A stretch of 64,000 bases of DNA from Octopus bimaculoides (Eukaryota). How positions within the stretch are numbered: position 1 is the stretch's first letter; each line of letters begins with the position of its first letter. Location: assembly GCF_001194135.2 (NCBI RefSeq), contig NC_068981.1, forward strand, positions 65,714,941-65,778,940, given 5' to 3'. The position numbers and the translations under genes are program-made. Below, piece after piece: positions 37,202-48,055 of this stretch. The notes below the pieces were generated by a model, which searched no databases, was not told where the DNA came from, and saw nothing but the letters and a program-made list of their open reading frames with translations.

Positions 37202-37296
37202 TGAATCTCTGATGAAGCTATAGGGTGATACACAAGTACTCAACTATGAGTGCATTGTACCTTATAGCAGAAACAGCTGTAAGCTAATGAAATTCA
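37202..37296 (+). ncRNA. Type I hammerhead-ribozyme-like motif with long stem II
   Basis: CTGATGA 37209-37215; hairpin GCTATAGGG...CCTTATAGC; GAAA 37270-37273; palindromic stem III ACAGCTGT; GTA cleavage triplet ending at 37281; stem I CT/AG plus TGAAT/ATTCA; A.A at the base of stem II. Confidence 0.6.
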
Positions 37297-37849
37297 TTAC
37301 ACAATTTCTTGTTCCCTTGTCATTCATTCAATTTTCTATTATGCTCTGTACTTGATTAACGCTTTTTTCTAAAGCATATGTATATTGAGTTCTAACATCA
37401 GGTTATTAGTATTGCAAAGCCTAAGCAAAATATGAATGTATGATATAATACTACCCAAAACCAAGAACCCTTTAACAAGTTCAATTCTAGGAGAATGAAG
37501 GGTAACTTAGAACGACAAGAACATAAGATATAAGAGATTCACAGACAACAAGCACTACAAACATACACTTCCATCTTCAGTTGCCTAATGAATATCAATA
37601 TGGTTTTGACACCTGTGTAGTATCATTCAAACCAGCAGTGTCAACAACATTAAAAATATAAATGCTATTAATGTAATATGAGATCTGATTGAAATGTATT
37701 GGGGATATTGCTATGGTAATGGAGCCAAAGTACACAGAATGAAGCTGCTTAGCTCAGATTGATCTTGAACTCTATCACACATGCACACTAAGTTATAATG
37801 TTCTCACTCACTTCTGGTGTTTACAGCAGTGCTTGGAAGTAAAGTATGT

Positions 37850-38245
37850 AGAGTGTGGTTGTCTCAAAAGGAAGGTTGGATTTCAGTTGCACAGGAACTC
37901 TTTGACACAGTCAAGAAAGAGGAAAACTTTTTGAAAACAGTGATAACAGGTGATAAATCATGGGTCTATGGCTGTGACCCCAAAACCAAAGCTCAGTCTT
38001 CACAGTGGAAAATCTCAACAAGGTTTCAACACATCAAGGAAATCCATGAGGATGCAATAAGGCACCTGCTTGCTATCCCCAAAAAAGGAGTTCCAGGAAG
38101 GGTTCCATCAATGGAAACAATGCTGGATAAAGTGGATGGCTTCAGAAAGCAACTATTTCAAAGTAGATTAAATGCTGACTAGACATGTGTTGTATTTTTC
38201 TTTTAATAGTACCAGTCCCAATGCTTTTTGATCAGACCTCATGTG
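37850..38245 (+). mobile_element. Internally deleted mariner transposase remnant
   Basis: FLKTVITGDKSWVYGCDPKTKAQSSQWK (mariner ITGDETW.Y.YDP...QS.QW motif) fused to a C-terminal part; TIR-like CCAGTCCCAATGCTTTTTGATCAGACCTC. Confidence 0.85.
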
Positions 38246-39039
38246 TTCTTTACATCTATGCTTGCTTATTATTACAAATACAAACATCAAATCTCATACA
38301 TAAATCATTTCATAGCAATAACTATGAAGCACAGAAATTAAAAATACTATATACAAAACATAGAAACATCTTCAAAAGAACATTGTTACCTCAAGAATTA
38401 CAGCACTTAAAATCACACTAGCAAACTAGATGTATTGAGTAAAACCTAGTTAAACATACACATGTGTGTACATGCATGTGTATGTATGTAGATATAAGAT
38501 TCAGTAACTGTATATCTTAACCTCCTAGTGAGAAAGTAGGTGCCATGCTTTTGCCCCTGTGCTAAAAAAAAGAAATCAGTCTGATTAGTTTTCGTATTTA
38601 TTAATGCCATATCAGAGATCAGTCACTTGACCATGTCCAAAAAGAGAATCGCTTACTAAAAACACTAGACTCTATGTTTACTTAACATTTCTAATTACCT
38701 AAAATGTCATTTTTCTTTATAGTTCGTACATATTTCAGGGAGTTTATACTGCTATTTCTAGTAGAATGAACAGTTACAAGGAAGTTCCACTACTGTCTCA
38801 CAGAGTCGTCTTAGGACTAATGTAAATATCTAAGCTGGACCATATTAATCTCCTACCACCTCTTCTGCTTTCTTTTGGAATAACTATGTTACTATTGCCT
38901 CTGACAACAGATTTTTGAAAGCAAGTCAAGACATGCTTCCAAACTATAAATGGAGAGAAGAACCAGAGCTAGGAATAGCTCTAGTGCTACACACACACAC
39001 ACACACACATACATGTGCATATACATATAGACAGACATA

Positions 39040-39170
39040 GATAGAAAGATAGATAGATAGATAGATAGAAAGATAGATAGAAAGATAGAAAGATAGATAG
39101 ATAGATAGAAAGATAGAAAGATAGAAAGATAGATAGATAGAAAGATAGAAAGATAGATAGATAGATAGAT
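39040..39170. repeat. (GATA)n/(GAAA) tetranucleotide repeat
   Basis: Directly visible. Confidence 0.95.
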
Positions 39171-40289
39171 ATGCACACACATACATAGATACACACATAT
39201 ATAGACATATACACATGCCTGTATGTATACTCATATGTGTATGTATGTGATGACCAATTTGTTAATAATGAATAATTGCTAACTTCCTTATCTCCATTTT
39301 CTTTTCTTCTTTTAACTACACACACACACGTAATATTTACACTTACAAGCATACATTCACATATATAGAGAGTTGTTGAAAATTGCAGTGGACCCCAGGG
39401 TTGAATTCAGGGATCATGATGAGTGTCTGAGAGGTGACACAACCCCCCAAATCTGGATTTTAGCAATTTTAGCAATATTAACACAGCTCAAAGAGCCAAT
39501 TCCCTACAAGATACCTTCTACGGACAAAGGTTTTCATCAATCAATGATAATCATTTTAAGAAAAAGAAAATAAAACATATTTATTAATTTAATAGAAGAA
39601 TTGGCATAAGTAAACAAAACAGGCTTTTCTTAAACCAAATTGAAACTAATTTTTTCCTGCAAATTCATTTTCACTACTACAACTAAGTCAATCAGTCCCT
39701 CTCTTGTTATTTTACTCCTGAGAAAGTTCTTGATGAGGTTTGATATGTTGAAAAATCTTTTAGCAGATGTTACCAAAAATGGCAAAATGCAAAAATATTC
39801 ACAGTACATACATTCAGAGAAATATCATCTAACTTGTTTATTTTTATTGCATCTAAAAAAATAGTTGATGTGGTGCTATATCTTCACTAAAATTAAAATG
39901 TATGCATTGTCTTGAGGTGTTATACTTCTCTTTCATGGATTCTGAGAGATTGTCTGAGTATTTGCAAGAATAGTTAAATTATTCTTCTATCATTCTTCGA
40001 TATTGCCACATAATGCAGAACAATCTATTAACTGTGTTTGCAAAATCAAACAGCTTAAACTGTTTTGGCAATCACCAAATCAATGACATTCTGTTTTGAA
40101 TTCACACAGAATTTCTAGGACATTCTTCTTTGATTCATTATCCTCATCCTCAGTGACAATAAATCTTACTCTTTCTTTTTGTTTAATTTTGAGCTTTCAT
40201 GGGTAATGGACTCAAATTTGATTTCCATAGCAACTAGTTTTACTTCATTTAAAATATGTGACCATTTCTCATGTGGACCTTCAAGATCA

Positions 40290-41560
40290 TTCAAGAGCAA
40301 CTTTAAATTTAAGACTTCTATATCTACTGTACTGTCTTGCCTAGATGATGTGCCTAGGTAACAACAGCTATTAACTACTTCTAGTGAGTCATCTGGGCAT
40401 TTAAGAGAATCTATTTCTAATGTGTTCATAGTACAAACTGCTACAGTGCATCAATCACATATGAAGTTTACATTCTCTTTTAGTCTGCTTCTGACTTTTG
40501 TGTGTCTATAACTTGCATTAGGTATAGTGTATGGAGCTTTTAACTACTCCTTTTCTGTATATCAAGCATGGCCATATCCCTGAAGATACTACAGCCATGT
40601 CTTTTCCTTTTTACAAAAACATTTCTTTGCAAAGTTTACCTGAAGATCTCTCAATTTTAGATTTAGCTTCCAAACCTGGAATTTCTAATCTGATTCCCCA
40701 ATAGATTCAGTTATGAGAACTAGATCATCAGGATATAGGAGTTTTCATAGACATCCAGTCTAAAACTCCTCTGTGACAGCATGTAGGTCTATGATGGATA
40801 GGAAGGGACTGTGAACCAAAATCTTCCTGAACTTAGCACCTTCATGGCTCTGTACATAACTTGTACAGCCCAGATAAGTCATTCATTGACACTTAGTTTC
40901 CTCAGTGACCACCTGATTACTGACTGTGTTACTTTGTCAAATGCCTTCTCCAATCAATGAAAACCAGAAACAGTGGTTTATTCTTAACCAAGCATTCTCT
41001 TGCACTTCCCTCAATAGGAAAATTGCATTTATAGTATCTTTTCTAGGCACAAAACCAAACTGCATTGCATCTAGGTCTAGTCTGTTAGGGATCAATTGTG
41101 CTGTGACTCTTTCTGAGACCTACTGCCATGCTAGGCATTGAGTGAAAAAAAAAAAACCTTCCTTTATGTCTTGATTAATTATCTGGGTGGTAACCATGTA
41201 TTCAACCTCACCAGATATTTTGAGCATCTCTGCAATGATCCCCGATGAACCTAAAGCTTGCTTTTTCTTCATGTCCTTGATTGCTTTATTTACCTGACAC
41301 TGCTGTCATCTTGAATGATTGATCCTTACATAGGGTTAGCATGAGGTAATCCCACTTTATCTCATGTATTCTTATTCAGTAGCCTCTCATAATAGCACTT
41401 CCATGCCACTTTCTTGTCTTCCATATCAATGATAAGTATGATTTCAACTTTCTGGATACACTTCTCATCAATGGCATCTCAGTTCTTCCTCACACATTGT
41501 TTTGCAATTATGAACACTTCATGCCTCTCATCCTCACATTACAGGCATATTTATTTCATA
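40290..41560 (-). mobile_element. Degraded RTE LINE ORF2 fragment
   Basis: SLKCPDDSLEVVNSCCYLG, ADDLVL and MQFGFVPR-like motifs on the minus strand; same family as 52975-54670. Confidence 0.75.
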
Positions 41561-41869
41561 TGTGCATTTGAGTGTGCATGCATATGCATGTGAGTGTATA
41601 TGAAAGTTTCATCTTCAATAAACTTTTGAGTATCTTACACTGCTTTATACAACTGTTGAATGTGTATAGCATTCCCTTACTCATTGCCTGCCAGAAAAAA
41701 AAACCTCATATGTGCATTCATTCTGCAGCTCTTAAGTTAATTCTCTTTGTATCTCTCTTTTGTTCTCTCTCTCCTCTCTGTTTCTATGATGTAAAGTATA
41801 ACTAAAATCAACCAACAAATCAACCAACCAATTCATATTGGCCATCATATATATATATATATACTAAGG

Positions 41870-42599
41870 GTAATAAGAAATATTAGAAATTTATACTACC
41901 AGTGGCCTAGCTTGTAAAAATTTGTGTACCTGCTGAAGAAGACTTCGCTTGGCAAATTATTTTTTGTGCTAAAATAAGTCAGAAACCATGGTCCAGGATC
42001 TAGATGGTAAATGTTTTAATTTTTCATTCCCTTCGAAGTTTTATCCCTAATAGTGGTTTGGAACTTAGCTCTTCTTTCTAGCGTGCAAGGAATCCTATGA
42101 GGGATACCTCTTATGTGTTTAAATGTACACTGTATTTATATGAATAATATATAGTCTATGGACTAAATTTTTATATGCTAGGCCACTGGAAGTAGAAATT
42201 CCTAATATTTCTTATTACATTTGATATTATTAATTATTGATAATATTTTCTGGATAATTTTCGAATTGAAACGCTGACATTTTCTATTTACTGCTGAAAA
42301 GGAGCTGTGCTTGCACGGTAGATTTTAAAAATTAGAATGTATAAGCATGAGGCATATACTGGATTGCCTCGTGTATATATATTTAATCTGTGGTGTACCT
42401 GCTGAAGAAGACATCGCCTGGAAAATTGTTTTATTTGCTAAAATAAGTCAGAAGCCATGGTCCAGGAGCTAGATGGTAAATGTTTTTATTTTTCAATCCC
42501 TTTGAAGTTTTATCCCTAATAGTGGTTTGGAACTTAGCTGTTCTTTCTAGCGTGCAAGGAATCCTATGATGGATACCTCTTATGTGTTTAAATGTACAC
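41870..42599 (+). mobile_element. Hammerhead-bearing repeat: two direct copies plus 42-bp inverted repeats (PLE pseudo-LTR-like)
   Basis: Direct copies begin TGTACCTGCTGAAGAAGAC at about 41925 and 42394; inverted repeats at 41870-41911 and 42177-42218. Confidence 0.7.
41929..41997 (+). ncRNA. Type I hammerhead-ribozyme-like motif
   Basis: Stem I CCTG/CAGG; CTGAAGA 41933-41939; stem II GACTT/AAGTC extended by TTGGCA/TGCTAA; GAAA 41982-41985; palindromic stem III ACCATGGT; GTC triplet ending at 41993. Confidence 0.65.
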
Positions 42600-42685
42600 N
42601 NNNNNNNNNNNNNNNNNNNNNNNNNNNNNNNNNNNNNNNNNNNNNNNNNNNNNNNNNNNNNNNNNNNNNNNNNNNNNNNNNNNNN

Positions 42686-42699
<14 letters not shown>

Positions 42700-42716
<17 letters not shown>

Positions 42717-43005
42717 ACCCCCCTTTGATCATGAATGATCATGAGATTGCGCCTAGAAAGTTACTCTCATAGGCACAAGTCTAGTAAGGTTGCTTATGGA
42801 AGACCAGCAGTCACCCATGCATACCAGCCTTCTCCATGCCACTGATGTTATTCAAGAGAAAAGCAAAGGCCAATACAGCTTGGCACCAGTGACATCACAA
42901 CTCATTTCTACAGCTGAGAGAACTGGATCAACATAAAAAAATAAAGTGTCTTGCTCAAGCATACAACACACAACCCGGTCAGGGAATCAAACTCACTACC
43001 TCATG
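42700..43005 (-). mobile_element. OR1-like SINE with alternative tail
   Basis: TTTCTACAGCTGAGAGAACTGGATCAAC...AAAGTGTCTTGCTCAAGCATACAACAC on the plus strand. Confidence 0.6.
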
Positions 43006-43866
43006 AGGAGTGGAACATACAATTTCCTGTAAGTCAGATCTTTAATGGTCCCAGCAGACAAAATGGTAAAGGCGTTACCCTGAAGGATGGCAAGGGAAAT
43101 GCATTGGAACAGCCACTTTGACCTATGAAGCTAAAACTTGCGGACAGCCATCTCTATCTACCCCGATTGCAGTGAGCAGGGATATAGTCCAGGGGCCAAG
43201 AATATCGGAGGTCTCTACTGCCACAGGCTCAACCACAGACCCAGTGGCAGTTTTTGTTTACTAATTGCAGTGATAATCTCAGTTAATTGAGGATTTCAGC
43301 CACAGTATCACATATGTGAGACTATCATATTTTGCTGAGTTATCTTCATACTTATAGATGTTTAAAAGATTTTTTTTTTTCACTTATAAATGTTTAAAAG
43401 TTGTAATATATCAAGGTGGTCATTTTTTTTTTTCTTGCCAAATAAACACACACACTATATCACTATATATTCATTCTTTACTTGCTTATTATTGCTCTTA
43501 TTTTATGTCCATTGTCTGGAAATCTTTCGTCACACACCTGTGACCTCTTCAGCGATTCTCCATCCCATGTGTCTCCTTGTTTTTTTCCCCCATTTATTAC
43601 TCCTTTCGGACATTTTTAATGAATTTGTTTTTAAGTATTTGTTACCTCAACATCTTTTAAGAAATTTTGTATCTTCTATAGCTGTTATAGCAGTTAAGCC
43701 TACGTCAGGTATTCAAGAAATGATCATCTTTGACTTGTTTTTTTTCTATTTCTTCTTTCAAACATTTACATTATCCAATGTGGATCTTTTTGGTTTGGTG
43801 GCCAGTATTTCAAAAATTAGAGTTTATCGAAAATTTAAAATTTGGCACATTGATATAGTAAGATCC

Positions 43867-44075
43867 CAGCTCTACAATGCGTTCCCCATTTCTCCCAGTT
43901 TTACAGTGTACATCCCTTCTTCGAGCCCTCTTATCTCAGCGGTATGGATATGCGCTTCTTCTAACACTACAATATATGTCCCCTTTTCACAGCCCTATAA
44001 TGTGCGCCCCATTTTCTTAGCCTTACAACGTGTTCTTCCTTTCTCAAGCCTTATATTTGTGCGCTCCCTCCCCTC
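43867..44075. repeat. Old degenerate ~28-bp minisatellite
   Basis: Units such as CAGCTCTACAATGCGTTCCCCATTTCTCC, CAGCCCTATAATGTGCGCCCCATTTTCT, TAGCCTTACAACGTGTTCTTCCTTTCTC. Confidence 0.6.
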
Positions 44076-45306
44076 ACTTCATATTATGTAACAGGTCATA
44101 CCACACGACCCTCTCATCCCCGCCCCACCTGAATACCGGCCTCTATCCCCTTCTATTACGTCCGCTCACGTTCAATTTAAGATGTTTAGAAATTTGTATG
44201 GCGCCCCCAGATTTAAGCGACGGAAGCGATTGCTCAGTTTGTCTAGCGCGTAACAACGTCCCTAATGATGGTGTATTATTTGAAGGAAATTTAACATTCT
44301 TAGGTTGAATGTTTTCATGGAGCCTCTTAGTTGCGAAAAGTTAAGGGAAAGAGTAAAAAGTAAAACCGCTACCAAATGAAAAGTGAAACTTAACTGAAAT
44401 GCAACAATATGCAAATTATGACTAGAAGTTTGGTATTCTGTGTTAACTTAGAGAGCGGGAAAGACAACTGAAGAGAAATAAAACATCAGTTTTCATTATT
44501 TATTGCCGATACATAGTTGCATGCTCTCCAGTCCAGTTCAGATACAGTTAAATCAACCGCTTTTTCTCTCTTTCCGAGTCCATAAAAGATTTACTTTTTA
44601 TTTTTAACCACAGTATTTGAAAACTATGTAAGTAGATGGATCCTATAGTATGGAATAAACAATCATCTCTTCTGTCTTCTTATCGATTTGCTAAAATATA
44701 TTCGTTCATTAAGAATGTAATTACCAAAAGAAAATAAACAGTATTAATAAAAATAACTCAAAAAGGCGTAACACTCTCAGTTGCTCTATACAACAGACAT
44801 ACTGGTAATTACTTCTAAAAAATTTTAATGCAACAACCCAAAACACTCACTGCAGTCTCACAGGTATCACCCAATTTTTCGATTAGTTACGTAATCCTAA
44901 CGTTCAGAGTTCAAAACCCGACATAGTCAATCTGACATTTCGTTTCTCTATGGTCGAGTAAATGAAATGAACATCAGTTAAATTCTAAAACTTAATATTC
45001 GACTGTACTCTTTCTCTAAAATATGTAGTCCTGTACCTATATTAGAAATCATCATTGATTAGTAACAAAAGATATTGAAAAAGCTGTTTTTGATTTATTC
45101 ATTATTAAGTAGCAAGAAGACTATGAAATTCCTTGTTCATACCAGAAATGCTTATGCGTTAATTAACCTTAGTTTTCAATTTTTGATTATATAAATAAAT
45201 ACCTGTAGGACATAAGCGTTAGCTGACTACCCTCTCTCCTATTTATAATACAAAAGAATGAAAGGTTGGTTTTGTACCAATTCAACAAAATTTATGATTT
45301 ATTTAC

Positions 45307-45519
45307 CTGCAGGGCTCCAGCGCTATTCAATATAAATATCAAAGTAGACATTTCAGTTTTTTCAAAAAATTCATTCATCATAATTTTATTCTCTTCAATG
45401 CTATACATCTTTGACCATTTTTCTCCTTTTAGGCCGAAAGTTTTCAATACGTAATCCGCAACAAAAAAGACTCTCGGGTCTGTAAGGTCTGTTAATTCGC
45501 TGGCTCCAGTCGTAATCAT
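45307..45519 (-). CDS. DNAH9: Dynein beta HC exon 1 (start)
   Basis: MITTGASELTDLTDPRVFFVADYVLKTFGLKGEKW...NSAGALQ; donor CAG|GTAAAT; 213 nt, phase 0. Confidence 0.88.
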
Positions 45520-45785
45520 CTTGATTTTCTTTTTTCGTTTTTATTTATAAATGTTTATAAATTGTGGGACCTTGGGTTTTTTTCTTTTATAAAATATATT
45601 TTTCCTTTAATTAATTACCCATTTGAGTTGAGTCTATAAAAAATATTTGAATGCATTCCCCCCACCTGAAAGAACTCATAATGATAAACTACAAAAAAAC
45701 ATTTTTAAAAAGTGACAAAAAATAAAAAGGAAAGATTTCGAAAATTAATTTCCTACTCCCCTCGTAAATGTCCCTTCTAACCAGT

Positions 45786-45874
45786 GCGTCATAATTTGTG
45801 CTTTGATTTGAAGCTATTATTCTAGCAACTGTTGTTATAACAAACTCTAATGACGCTTAGCGTTGCTAGCCAAC
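45786..45874. promoter_or_regulatory. Dynein proximal promoter module: RFX X-box cluster with two CRE half-sites
   Basis: GTTGCTAGCCAAC 45862-45874 (one mismatch to GTTGCTAGGCAAC); TAGCAAC 45823-45829; GTTGTTATAACAA 45831-45843; GCGTCA 45786 and TGACGC 45851; 270-355 bp upstream of the ATG. Confidence 0.65.
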
Positions 45875-46231
45875 AAGCTTTGCAGAAACACAGACTGACT
45901 GGCTGACTGACTGACTACTAGCGAACTGTTCGGAATTTCCCCTCTTTTATATGCATGTCGTACTGGATAGGATTAGTAGTGTAGGGACGTTGTTTCTAAT
46001 AAACAATCAGAAAAAGAAACTTTATGTAGACAAATGTATTTTATTAATTTTCTTTTTTATCTCTAGTTTCAATCATTGGACTGCGACCATGCTTGGGCAC
46101 TGCCTTGAAGGGTTTAGTCGAGCTAATCGACCTTAGTGCTTTTTTTTTTTTTAATTATTAAAGTTTATTCTCATACATAAAAGGCACACGTATTTAACTA
46201 CATAAATAATCCAAATTAAAATACAAATCCC

Positions 46232-47610
46232 GATTAATGTTTACAACTTGACCCGGAAACGAAAATCAGAAAAAAATGGTGCAATGGGTGTTAACAAATG
46301 TGTAGGAAACGAATATGAAGAAAAAAAAATTAAAAAATGCGCGCAAAGCAACGGGAGAGAACCTCGGAAAATTCACAAGATCCGAATTTATCCCTTATTT
46401 TTACGNNNNNNNNNNNNNNNNNNNNNNNNNNNNNNNNNNNNNNNNNNNNNNNNNNNNNNNNNNNNNNNNNNNNNNNNNNNNNNNNNNNNNNNNNNNNNNN
46501 NNNNNNNNNNNNNNNNNNNNNNNNNNNNNNNNNNNNNNNNNNNNNNNNNNNNNNNNNNNNNNNNNNNNNNNNNNNNNNNNNNNNNNNNNNNNNNNNNNNN
46601 NNNNNNNNNNNNNNNNNNNNNNNNNNNNNNNNNNNNNNNNNNNNNNNNNNNNNNNNNNNNNNNNNNNNNNNNNNNNNNNNNNNNNNNNNNNNNNNNNNNN
46701 NNNNNNNNNNNNNNNNNNNNNNNNNNNNNNNNNNNNNNNNNNNNNNNNNNNNNNNNNNNNNNNNNNNNNNNNNNNNNNNNNNNNNNNNNNNNNNNNNNNN
46801 NNNNNNNNNNNNNNNNNNNNNNNNNNNNNNNNNNNNNNNNNNNNNNNNNNNNNNNNNNNNNNNNNNNNNNNNNNNNNNNNNNNNNNNNNNNNNNNNNNNN
46901 NNNNNNNNNNNNNNNNNNNNNNNNNNNNNNNNNNNNNNNNNNNNNNNNNNNNNNNNNNNNNNNNNNNNNNNNNNNNNNNNNNNNNNNNNNNNNNNNNNNN
47001 NNNNNNNNNNNNNNNNNNNNNNNNNNNNNNNNNNNNNNNNNNNNNNNNNNNNNNNNNNNNNNNNNNNNNNNNNNNNNNNNNNNNNNNNNNNNNNNNNNNN
47101 NNNNNNNNNNNNNNNNNNNNNNNNNNNNNNNNNNNNNNNNNNNNNNNNNNNNNNNNNNNNNNNNNNNNNNNNNNNNNNNNNNNNNNNNNNNNNNNNNNNN
47201 NNNNNNNNNNNNNNNNNNNNNNNNNNNNNNNNNNNNNNNNNNNNNNNNNNNNNNNNNNNNNNNNNNNNNNNNNNNNNNNNNNNNNNNNNNNNNNNNNNNN
47301 NNNNNNNNNNNNNNNNNNNNNNNNNNNNNNNNNNNNNNNNNNNNNNNNNNNNNNNTATATACATTCACGTTAAATTTTTACAGGATTTTCCCCATAAATT
47401 ACTTTATAATCGTAATGTATGCTATTTGAAAAGTATTTATATAAAATTTCATTGAAAAAAAAAACATTTTCCTAAAGTTCCAATGGAAAAACTCAGATCT
47501 TGTGAATTTTCCGAAGTCCTCCTCATCCACTTGGAAAAGATTTTCCCCACAAATTTCTTTATAATTGTAATGTATGCTTTTCGTTTCCGGGTCAAGTTGT
47601 AAACATTAAC
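46232..47610. mobile_element. Mutator/foldback-like DNA transposon spanning an N gap
   Basis: Perfect 32-bp TIR TTAATGTTTACAACTTGACCCGGAAACGAAAA (46234-46265, 47578-47609); candidate 9-bp TSD ACAAATCCC/TAAAATCCC; internal AGATCTTGTGAATTTTCCGAAG subrepeats. Confidence 0.75.
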
Positions 47611-47699
47611 TAAAATCCCAAACTGAAGAAAACAAACTTGAGCGAAGAAAGAAAAAAAAGAGGAAGAAAGAAGAAAAAAAGCACCAATCCGACACTGAA

Positions 47700-48055
47700 T
47701 GCATCGATTGGTCGCACACCACAAGGTTCAACGGAATCTCCTGAAGCAAGCCAACACGGTCGCGACATTGGCGAAGGCGAGGCTAAGGCGTTGGAAGAGC
47801 CACGCACCCTCATGGGCATCACCTCACACCTCGGTATGGCGAGCCACTAACGATAACAAGAACTTCGCCGTTAGCGGCTCAGCTTCGTCTAACATCTCAA
47901 ATGTCACAGGCTGGAAGAAATGGTTCATTGACAAGTCCCAATAATTAAGGATTTTGTTCCGTTCGGCTACGGGAGAGACGTCTTTCCTATTTATTGCAGC
48001 ATCCAGGATGTGGGAGAGAACAAAGAGGATATGCCTACACAAGTGTGCCCCCACC
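47700..48055 (-). mobile_element. CRE-like (RLE-type) non-LTR retrotransposon 3' remnant
   Basis: AERNKILNYWDLSMNHFFQPVTFEML...AKFLLSLVARHTEV*GDAHEGAWLFQRLSLAFANVATVL matches the restriction-like endonuclease C-terminus (K..KY..L...F.P.A.ETLG...GD...FL.QRLS.A...NAASVL). Confidence 0.65.

Larger units (their letters stand above)
534..45519 (-). other. DNAH9: Axonemal outer-arm dynein beta heavy chain gene, 5' part (25 coding exons, 1735 codons; continues beyond the left edge)
   Basis: The spliced translation is collinear with ciliary beta dynein as I recall it ([66 protein letters not shown]). All introns are GT-AG with consistent phases. An invertebrate gene like this is co-orthologous to vertebrate DNAH9/11/17, so the symbol is approximate. 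Confidence 0.95.

Noticed and set aside
37705-37720. X-box-like ATTGCTATGGTAAT in intron 1
   Set aside because: Both terminal consensus bases mismatch, and it lies next to a mariner remnant
43390-44091. 233-aa plus-strand ORF
   Set aside because: F/L/I-rich composition typical of T-rich non-coding DNA; overlaps the minisatellite; no motifs or splice support
46248-47455. Long ORFs (324-529 aa) across 46.2-47.4 kb, 49.7-51.3 kb and 31.8-32.5 kb
   Set aside because: They consist of X residues from N gaps and are artefacts
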